A model generated the notes under the pieces. It was not told the origin of the DNA, did no database searches, and was given only the letters and a program-made list of their open reading frames with translations. Shown piece after piece: positions 39,588 to 48,438 of a DNA stretch of 64,000 bases; the first letter of the stretch is position 1, and every line of letters begins with the position of its first letter. Origin of the DNA: Myxococcota bacterium (GTDB taxonomy: Bacteria > Myxococcota_A > UBA9042 > PHBI01 > JAWLBL01); the NCBI GenBank assembly GCA_041687695.1, contig JAWLBL010000005.1:132382-196381 (forward strand). The letters run 5' to 3'. The position numbers and the translations under genes are program-made.

Positions 39588-41327
39588 ATGAATCAGCCAT
39601 CGAAGGCCCTGGCATCACTGCTCGTCATCACCATGAGCGCTTGCGGCGTCGGCGGCGGGGGCGGCGGGGGCGGCGGGGGCGGCAGCGAGGCCGTCCAGTC
39701 GGTCAGCGGCATCACCACGACCGACCTCCAACGCATCCCGACGGCCCACGCCAACTTCGGCGCGAACGCGACCAGGATGCACGGCGCCCTCCTCGGTCCG
39801 GGCGGCGTGGTCGACCTCGCCGACTCGCTCCTCGCCGTGGACGTCAGCACCGAGGCCGGGCGCGCCGAGTACCTCGCGCTGCACGTCCAGCTCGACGACC
39901 AGATGCGGGGCTCGCTCGCCGTACTCGGCGCCTTCGCGCGCCACTCCGAGAGCCTCGACGCCTTGCACCAGAGCATCCGCGACAAGCAGATGGCCGCCCA
40001 GCTCGAGGCGCGCCCCAACGGCTTCGTCTTCATCCTGGCCGGCGGGCTCGCCATCTCGGGTTATCTGGCCTACCGGGCGGGCGCCAAGGCCATCGACAAG
40101 AAGCACGACACGACGCGCCACATCATCGGCAAGACCAACGACGCCGGGCGCGCGCAGATCGCCGAGGCCATGCGCGACTCGGGCATCGACGTCCCGACGG
40201 GAGCCACCCAGCAGCAGCTCCTCGAGGCCTTCAACACCGCGAGCATCAACGCGCGCAACAGCGTCAACCGCGAGCTCATCGGCCTCGCCCTCGCCGAGGC
40301 CGACGGCGACGCCATCGCCCAGGACAAGAAGAACACCGTCGAGGCGGCCGTTCAGCTCGGCGAGGTCGCCCTCACCACGACCGTCTCGGCGACGCTCACG
40401 GTGACGGGCGGCCAGGGCGTCGACAAGCTCGCCGGCCTCGCGGCCCAGGGCGGCGGCGCCACCGTCTCCAACGCGGTCCTCGCCGGGCAGGCCGTCGATC
40501 TCGCCTTGAGCGCCACCGAGTACCAGCCGCTCGACGTCTTCAGCCGACACCTCCAGACGACGACCGTCAGCCAGGAGCACCGAGTGGTCGCGGTCGAGCA
40601 GCCCTCGGTCCCCGTCAGCCCGGACGAGGCGCGGGAGCTCATCGACGACATGGCCAAGTCCGACCCGGGCGCGCTCACCGTCACGGAGATCCTCGACGCG
40701 AGCAACGCCCTCATCAACGAGGCCGGCAAGGTCGCGCCCGGCCAGTCGACCGTCCTCGCCCCGGCCCGCGTCCACACGCAGGAGGTCGACCTCGCCTCCG
40801 ACGACAACGCCTCGACGCCCGGGCACTACGTCTATCAGGTCGCCGAGGGGACGCCCTTCCTCGTCCCGGGTGACATGGTGAGCCAGCTCGTCGACGTCGG
40901 GGTGACCAGCGCCGGCCGCATCTTCGATCTCTTCGAGTCCATCCGCCCGACCGACCAGCCCGTCCTCTTCCTCAACCAGAAGCGCATCACCCCGGAGGCC
41001 GCCGACTCGCTCATCGAAGGCGGCGAGGAGATCGAGATCGATGGCGAGACCTTCCGCGTCGACTCGCTCAGCATCACCGCCTCACCCGCGAGCCCCTCGG
41101 CCGGCGAGGACGTCTCCGTGACCGTCACCGTCCAGCCTCCCCAGCCCAACGTCCCGGTCTCCTATCAGGTCGCCGGCAGCGACGGCTACGGGGACTCGGG
41201 CACCCTCCGCACCAACGGCCACGGGCAGATCCACTTCAGCATCCCCGGCGGCGCCGAGTCCGTCGTCGACCAGATCACCGTCGACGTCGGCCCCCTCTCC
41301 GCCACCTACTCCTACTCCTTCCACTGA
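39588..41327 (+). CDS. Lipoprotein with poly-Gly linker, helical core and C-terminal Ig-like domain
   Basis: Lipobox MSAC, GGGG linker, internal hydrophobic segment, C-terminal SITASPASP...TNGHGQIHFSIP. Confidence 0.8.
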   Translation: MNQPSKALASLLVITMSACGVGGGGGGGGGGGSEAVQSVSGITTTDLQRIPTAHANFGANATRMHGALLGPGGVVDLADSLLAVDVSTEAGRAEYLALHVQLDDQMRGSLAVLGAFARHSESLDALHQSIRDKQMAAQLEARPNGFVFILAGGLAISGYLAYRAGAKAIDKKHDTTRHIIGKTNDAGRAQIAEAMRDSGIDVPTGATQQQLLEAFNTASINARNSVNRELIGLALAEADGDAIAQDKKNTVEAAVQLGEVALTTTVSATLTVTGGQGVDKLAGLAAQGGGATVSNAVLAGQAVDLALSATEYQPLDVFSRHLQTTTVSQEHRVVAVEQPSVPVSPDEARELIDDMAKSDPGALTVTEILDASNALINEAGKVAPGQSTVLAPARVHTQEVDLASDDNASTPGHYVYQVAEGTPFLVPGDMVSQLVDVGVTSAGRIFDLFESIRPTDQPVLFLNQKRITPEAADSLIEGGEEIEIDGETFRVDSLSITASPASPSAGEDVSVTVTVQPPQPNVPVSYQVAGSDGYGDSGTLRTNGHGQIHFSIPGGAESVVDQITVDVGPLSATYSYSFH

Positions 41328-41354
41328 CCCGAGCTTCCGGGCGGGGGGGGAGCG

Positions 41355-41665
41355 TCTTGGTTTCGACTCGCATCGGAGGCCGAAACCAAGAAGCTCCTAC
41401 TCCTCGGCTCGGATGGAAGGCCGAAACCGAAAAGCTCCTGGCTTCTCGGCTGGGATGGAAGGCCGAAACCAAGAAGCTCCTGCTTCTCGGCTCGGATCGG
41501 GTCAGAAGACCAAGCGCTTCCAGCCGTTTCGGCGCGAGTCGAGGCCTGGATCCAAGAACTTCCAGCCGTTTCGGCTCGAGTCGAGGCCTGGAGCCAAGAC
41601 CTTCCAGCCGTTTCGGCTCGCGTCGAGGCCGAGATCGAGGACTTCCAGCGTTTCGGCTCGGAGCG
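41355..41665. repeat. Intergenic ~42-bp tandem repeats in two opposed arrays, with a hairpin at 41355-41391
   Basis: GCCGAAAC at 41379/41420/41462; its complement GTTTCGGC at 41526/41568/41610/41650; TCTTGGTTTCG...CGAAACCAAGA hairpin. Confidence 0.8.
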
Positions 41666-41727
41666 GAGCCCAGGGAGGGAGAGCTTCCAGGTCCCCGGGC
41701 CCGAGACGCTCTCCCTCCCGGCACCGC

Positions 41728-42591
41728 TCAGGCTTCGACCAGCTCGGGCGTCTCGGAGCGCTCGGTCGTCCCCTCGGCGGCGCTCACGGACCGGATGGTC
41801 CCCCAGGTGGCGCTCGGCTTGGGGAACCGTCGCTCGCTGTCGGCCTCGTCGAAGGCGAGGTCCCGCCCGGCGCGGACGATCTCGAGATACGAGGACTGCC
41901 AGACGGTGTACGCCCGCGCGACCAGGGCCTTGGGAGCCTTCGGGTCCTGAGCTGCCTGCTGCTCCAGCTCACGCAGCTGCGCCGTGGCGTCGCGCTCGGC
42001 GGCGTCGAGCGCCTCGGGCGCCAGCTCGGCGATGCCCTGGATACCCGCGGTCAGCGGGCGCAGGAAGCGCACCAGCCGGATGACGTCCTCCGCGTCGTCG
42101 CGGTTGCCCCGGCCCTTGCGGATGTCGGCCAGCGTCTTGGTCGACTGGGGCGTCGCCGTCCCCAGCACCTCGGCCCAGCTGAACAGGCGCTGGTCCAGCT
42201 GCCGCACCCGCGCCGCGAGCGCCCCGTCCCTGGGCGCCATCGCCGCCTCGGCGTCCGCCCGCCGCAGCTCGGCCATCGCCAACACCAGCGCGTCGTCCTT
42301 CACCCGCTCGATCGCCGCCTCGACACGCTGCTGCCGCGCCTCGGCATATTCCTTCGACAACAGCGCCCGATAGGGCTCGATCTGGCGCAGCACGTGCAGC
42401 GTCTGCCCCCACGCGACCGCGCGCCCGATGCGCGGCTGCGCGACCTCCCCCTCGGCGAGCGCCCAGAGCGCGCCCTCCCGCTCGTCGAGCAGCGCGCTCG
42501 CCCGCTCGACCTCGGCCTCCGAAGCCCCTCCCTCGAGCGGATCGATCGCCGTCTCCTCGGTCCCCACCACGACATCATCAACCCCGGGCAT
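41728..42591 (-). CDS. Hypothetical all-helical protein
   Basis: 287-aa ORF with GGAGAG RBS and plausible codon usage; no motif recognised. Confidence 0.7.
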   Translation of the reverse strand: MPGVDDVVVGTEETAIDPLEGGASEAEVERASALLDEREGALWALAEGEVAQPRIGRAVAWGQTLHVLRQIEPYRALLSKEYAEARQQRVEAAIERVKDDALVLAMAELRRADAEAAMAPRDGALAARVRQLDQRLFSWAEVLGTATPQSTKTLADIRKGRGNRDDAEDVIRLVRFLRPLTAGIQGIAELAPEALDAAERDATAQLRELEQQAAQDPKAPKALVARAYTVWQSSYLEIVRAGRDLAFDEADSERRFPKPSATWGTIRSVSAAEGTTERSETPELVEA

Positions 42592-42906
42592 GGCTCTCCT
42601 CCCTGCAAGGCACCCTCACGGCGCCCTCGTCGAGGAACGGCCCCCCAGCCCCGCAACCCACGAGCACCCGGGACCCGCTCACTGTGGCATACACCTCAAC
42701 GATGCCGGGCCCATGACAGAGCGTCAAGGCCAGCCGGGGCGCTTTCGGGGCGGGGGGCTACCTCTGGTCGGCCGAGGTGTCCGCCCCCCTGTCGACGGGG
42801 CACGGACGCAAGGTCGCGCCGTGCCGTCCGAGTCCCGTCGAGGGGCACGGGACGGGTCCCGCACGGGCCCATGACCTCGCGGGTCATGGCCGATTCCTGG
42901 AAGTTC

Positions 42907-43030
42907 AGGTGTCAGGGTTCATCACTTTTGACTTTGGGTCCGGCTGAAAATGGAAAGTGATGAACCCTGACACCTACCTCCTGGAAAGTGATGAACCCTG
43001 ACACCTACCTCGAACCCTGACACCTACCTC
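42907..43030. repeat. 22-bp inverted repeat with tandemly duplicated right arm (REP/MITE-like)
   Basis: AGGTGTCAGGGTTCATCACTTT (42907-42928) versus AAAGTGATGAACCCTGACACCT (42954-42975 and 42985-43006; partial at 43012-43030). Confidence 0.8.
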
Positions 43031-43190
43031 CCCCGAGGCCGACGCCAACCGTTGCGGGGACCGACCGCTTCCACTACCGTCCGCGGCCCTGGGATCGCCG
43101 CTGCGCGCCGGCGGCCCCGGTGCGGTCGGCCGCGCCCCCAGCCACCGACCTCTCATCGCTGCGCGCACCTCTTCCCGAGGCGAGAACCCC

Positions 43191-44407
<1,217 letters not shown>

Positions 44408-44411
<4 letters not shown>

Positions 44412-44455
44412 GCGGCATGACCTGCGGTGCGTGTGTGCGACACGTCACGGCGGCG
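44408..44455 (+). pseudogene. HMA/CopZ-like fragment
   Basis: VSGMTCGACVRHVTAA, a canonical GMxCxxC motif; the rest of the domain is absent. Confidence 0.6.
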
Positions 44456-44541
44456 TCGAAGGGGCGGAACACCATGCGCCGGTTTTGCTGGCGCCCTTCG
44501 ACGGTGGCGTTCGACGCGATGGCATGGCCGCGCGCGGTCAC
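44456..44541 (-). pseudogene. OmpA C-terminal domain fragment
   Basis: VTARG-HAIASNATVEGRQQNRRMVF resembles the OmpA_C PxASNxTxEGRxxNRRVE tail. Confidence 0.55.
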
Positions 44542-44563
44542 TCCGGTGACGCACCCCGAGCCC

Positions 44564-44926
44564 TCACGCCTGCCGCAGCACGCTCGCCGCGCGGCGGTGA
44601 CTGCCCAGGTCCAGCACCTCGGCGTACCCGGCCCGCCTCAAGAGCGCCGCCGCCCGTGCGCTGCGGATCCCGCTCTGGCAATAGACCAGCACCGGTCGGT
44701 CCTTGTCGCCCACGGCGTCGGGCCGCGCGAGGATGCGGTCGATGGGCACGTTGACCGCACCCTGCACGTGGCCGCCGGCGAACTCGGCCGGCGTGCGGAC
44801 GTCCACGACCTGGCCCCCGCGCGTCAGCGCCGTGCAGACCTGCCGTAGCGCGGCCCTGGGGCGTAACATCGGCAAGACGACGAAGACCATGGCGGCGGCG
44901 AGGAGGATATAGGCGGTGGTACTCAT
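44564..44926 (-). CDS. Rhodanese-like (PspE-type) protein
   Basis: N-terminal TM helix; VVDVRTPAEFAGGHVQGAVNVP; YCQSGIRS. Confidence 0.9.
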   Translation of the reverse strand: MSTTAYILLAAAMVFVVLPMLRPRAALRQVCTALTRGGQVVDVRTPAEFAGGHVQGAVNVPIDRILARPDAVGDKDRPVLVYCQSGIRSARAAALLRRAGYAEVLDLGSHRRAASVLRQA

Positions 44927-45359
44927 GCGTAGTTCGCTCCCGGGGAAGGTAGTTGCCCCCCCCAGCGAGAGCCACCACCACCCGGAAGTGTTACACGCTC
45001 AGGGCGTCACGAAGGGGCCGACACGCCGCCCAACGCCGCCCGTCCACCTCTCGACGCCTCCCACGGGACCTCTCGACGGTCATTTCGCTGGCGCACCGCA
45101 TCCTGGCCCCCTGATCCAGCGGACCGCGACCGAGGCGAGCTGGCCCTTTATGCCAACATGGATGAGACAGCTACCCCTCAGTAGTTGAGCGAGCAGGGCG
45201 AGCGCAAGACCGGGGGCCCCGGCAAGCGGGGCTTCGAGCGGGGTCCAGGGGCCAGGCCCCAACTTGTCGACTTCTCGGCGCCAGCGGCGGTGACCATTGA
45301 GGGTTGACGCAACGAAACGTGTACGTTCACGAGGTACGGTCCGCTGTCCTCCACCTCGT

Positions 45360-45542
45360 CTAGCCTGCATTTCTCACCAGATCCGTAGCGAGCCCGAGGG
45401 TTAGTGCTGCAGATCCGCGTGCTCGGAGTGGAGGCCGGTGAAGGCGTACCTGGCGGTACGTCGAGCCGGCCGGAGCGAGAACGCCGCGGAGGTGCGGTGC
45501 TAGCCCCGGGCGCAGTAGGAGCTGGTGAGAAATGCAGGCTAG
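45360..45542. mobile_element. 183-bp MITE-like palindromic element
   Basis: Perfect 21-bp terminal inverted repeat CTAGCCTGCATTTCTCACCAG; central GCGTAC-N7-GTACGT; no ORF; related partial copy at 57918-58015. Confidence 0.75.
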
Positions 45543-45564
45543 AACGGGTCGGCGGGACGGACGA

Positions 45565-45835
45565 CGTTACCGCGGACACGGGCTGGTCGGGTCGGCAGGC
45601 TGGCGGGTCGGTGGACGACGTTTCCACGGAAACGTGGCGGTGGGGGGCGGTGGACGACGTTACCGCGGAAACGTGGTGCTGGCATCGCCAAGCCGGCGGG
45701 TCGGTGGAGGACGTTTCCGCGGAAACGTGGTGCTGGCATCGCCAGGCTGGCGAGTCGGTGGAGAGAGTTACCGCGGAAACGTGGTGCTGGCATCGCCAGA
45801 CCGGCGGGTCGGTCGAGGACGTTACCGCGGACCGA
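45565..45835. repeat. Array of six 16-bp palindromes CGTT(T/A)CCG|CGGAAACG with mostly 54-bp spacing
   Basis: Sites start at 45565, 45619, 45658, 45712 (perfect), 45766 and 45820. Confidence 0.85.
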
Positions 45836-45925
45836 GCTGCGCTACGCGGACGGCTGAGGTCGCCGAGCGACGGCGCCGAAGAAGCGGGTTGCTTGGTTCG
45901 CTGGCACGCGAGCGCGATCGCCGAT

Positions 45926-46536
45926 TCAGGGGACGAGGGGCAGGTTCGGATCCCGTGCTCGGCAGAAGCCGGCGTCGCAGGTGACCGTAGTCTCGGGGGT
46001 CGGATCGTCGAAGCTCGGGCAGGGGAAGGCTTCCTGGCAGGTCCCCGAGTTCTCGGGGTCGTGGAGGTTGGACCAGGCGTTCCAGGGGGTGCCCTGGTTC
46101 GCGGCCGTGAAGCTGCAGGCGATGCGGACCAACTTGCAGTCGCACGCGGTGCGGCACTGCTTGCAGACGAGCGGGCTGCACTCCTGGTCGCGCGGCGGCG
46201 GTGGCGAGGCGTCCGGGTTCGTGAAGTCCAGGTCGGCGAGGAAGGCGGCGGTGTGGGCTTCAGGGTCGCAGCTGGCGTGCTCGGGCTCGAGGGTGGCCAG
46301 CGCGCACCACGGCGGGGACTCGGGCGTGCGCTCGCAAGGGTCGGCGCCAGGGACCTCGACGGCGCGCGTCGCTCCGCCGTGCTCGACGAAGTACAGACCG
46401 GCCGCGAGGGGGCCGGCCGAGCACGTCGCCTCCACGCGCTTGCAGGCCGTAGGGCACGAGTCCCCGCCATCGTGCTGAAAGCGCGCCTGGCTCGTCACGC
46501 GGATGACGTTCCCCTCGACCGTGGCGACGCAGCTCG
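45926..46536 (-). pseudogene. 3' part of a Cys-rich secreted protein gene (5' end missing)
   Basis: SCVATVEGNVIRVTS...CPTACKRVEATC...GLYFVEHG...; no signal peptide or convincing start. An alternative short ORF from ATG 46561 cannot be excluded. Confidence 0.55.
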
Positions 46537-46537
46537 C

Positions 46538-46736
46538 CGAGCTGCGGGCGGGGCCGGCCATGGTGCTGGACTTCGACCCGGGCTTCGAGGACGCGAGGCT
46601 GAGCCCGGGGCTGGCCGCCGCGGCGAGCTTGTCGCTGCTGAGGTCGGGAGCGTTCGTGCTGGACCTGCGGCTGGACACGGTAGCGAGCCCGGAGGCGGCG
46701 TTCGGCAGCCTGGGTGTCGGGGTGAACCTGAACTGA
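46538..46736 (+). pseudogene. 3' fragment of an outer-membrane beta-barrel-like gene
   Basis: ELRAGPAMVLDFD...FVLDLRLD...FGSLGVGVNLN*; high GC3 in this frame; no N-terminus. Confidence 0.5.
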
Positions 46737-46830
46737 GCGCCGTAGTCGAGGAGGGCGGGCGTTGCGCCGACGCGCGCAAGCTGGCCCAATGCGGCGCGGG
46801 AGCCGACAGCCTGCCGCGCAACGACCGAGC

Positions 46831-48210
46831 TCACCCCACGTCGCGGAGCACCACGCGGCCGTCGTATCCGGCCGTCGCCACGCGCCCGTCGCGCAGCACG
46901 TGGACGGCGCGGACGAAGTCGCCGTGCTCTCCAAGGGGTGTGCCCAGCCGCTCCGGCCCCCAGACCGTGATCCGGTCGTCCTCGGCGCCGGTGACGAGGC
47001 GGCCGTCGGGGAGCCAGGCGAGGCTCGTGACCCCCTCGCGATGCGCCTGGAAGCGCTGCCAGCCCCGGTGGTCGAGCACGTGCACGCTGCCGTCGGCCCC
47101 GCCCGCCGCGACCCCGTGCGGCCCCGCGTTCACGCTCCACAGCGGCACGCCCAGGTCGTGTTCCTCGCGGTTGGGGCCCAGGATGCGGAGCACGCCGTCC
47201 TCGCAGGCGGTGACCATCTCGCCGCCCCGGACCGCGATGGCACGCACCCAGCCACCGTGCGCGAAGCGTTCGCAGCCGTGCCCACGTCCGTCACCGACGA
47301 CGAGCGTGCCGTCGGCGCTCCCGCTGGCGATGCGTCCGTCGGGCAGCACCTCGACGCACAGCGCCGCGCCCTCATGTCGACGCACGACCGTGGGCTCGTG
47401 TCCGCTCCACAGACGGACAGTGCGGTCGCGACCGGCGCTCACCAGCCGCCCGTCGGGGAGGCTACGCACCGCGAGCACCGAGCTGTCGTGCGCCTCCCAG
47501 CGGTCCACCTCGAGCCCGTCGCGCCACACCCGAATCGTCCGGTCGCGACCGCCGCTCGCGAGGGTGCCGTCGGGCTGCTCCGTGAGCGACCAGACGTAGC
47601 CGAGGTGGCCGGTGCGCTGGGTGCGCGGCGCGGCGGCGTCCCCGCCGAGGCGGCGATAGAGCACGTCGCTGCGCAGGATGTGCTTGCAGCCGGCGGTCAC
47701 GGGGGCGCCGTCGTGCCAGAGGTCGTGGTCGAAGACGATGAGGGCGCCGGCGCGGGGGGTGACCTCGGCGATCACCGCCGCCTCTTCGCCGCGTCCGTCG
47801 AAGAAGCGGGTGAGGCCCCCAGAGAAGGCGGGGGGCTCGTCGAGGTAGACCATGAAGGTGAGCAGTGAGCGCTCGTCCGGGCCACGATGGTGCACCCCGT
47901 CGCGGTGACGACCGAACCACTGCCCCGGCAGGTAGCGGCAGCTCCGCAGCCGCTCGTTGAGCCCGACGAGACCCCAGACTGCACCCTCGTGCTCGATCCG
48001 CTCGGGCAGCGCCGAGCGCACGCTGTCGAGCAGTCGGCCGGCGAGGATGGGATCGTCGAGGACCTGGCGGTCGTTGGTGCGGTAGCCTGGCGGGTAGTCG
48101 CGGTCCGCCGGTGCGTAGCCGCGGGCCTCGGACGTGGCGATCAGCGCGCGGCAGGAGTCGGCGTCGAGCGCGTCGGGAAAGAGCCAGCAGCCTGCGAGCA
48201 CCTGAATCAT
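46831..48210 (-). CDS. 2OG-Fe(II) oxygenase (P4H-like) fused to WD40 repeats
   Basis: GLNERLR..RY..GQWFGRHRDG (HxD), LWHDG, KHILRSDVLY; then GHLGYVWSL...LASGGRDRTIRVW-type repeats; GGAGG RBS. Confidence 0.9.
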   Translation of the reverse strand: MIQVLAGCWLFPDALDADSCRALIATSEARGYAPADRDYPPGYRTNDRQVLDDPILAGRLLDSVRSALPERIEHEGAVWGLVGLNERLRSCRYLPGQWFGRHRDGVHHRGPDERSLLTFMVYLDEPPAFSGGLTRFFDGRGEEAAVIAEVTPRAGALIVFDHDLWHDGAPVTAGCKHILRSDVLYRRLGGDAAAPRTQRTGHLGYVWSLTEQPDGTLASGGRDRTIRVWRDGLEVDRWEAHDSSVLAVRSLPDGRLVSAGRDRTVRLWSGHEPTVVRRHEGAALCVEVLPDGRIASGSADGTLVVGDGRGHGCERFAHGGWVRAIAVRGGEMVTACEDGVLRILGPNREEHDLGVPLWSVNAGPHGVAAGGADGSVHVLDHRGWQRFQAHREGVTSLAWLPDGRLVTGAEDDRITVWGPERLGTPLGEHGDFVRAVHVLRDGRVATAGYDGRVVLRDVG

Positions 48211-48438
48211 GACGCCTCCTCGGAGCCGAGCCCGCGGGCCATCGAGCGAAGCGCCCCGGCGGCGAATCCGCGGGGCGTGAGCCAGCCTCTCGGCAGGCTC
48301 AGGGTCACGCCGGCGACTCCTCGTGACCGGCGGGGGCAGGCCAGCTCTCGTCGGGCTTTGCAGGGTTCGGACCGAGAGCCGCGTACCGCCCGCTGCGCGG
48401 AGGGGTGAACGGCGCGGCCCGAGGCCTGACCCGCGAGG

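Noticed and set aside
41355..41665. CRISPR array or real ORFs (41357..41950, 41413..42960)
   Set aside because: Whole units repeat, with no unique spacers. The ORFs are low-complexity and overlap the better-supported minus-strand gene.
45565..45835. CRISPR array
   Set aside because: The 'spacers' are near-copies of each other, the palindrome is only 16 bp, and there are no cas genes.
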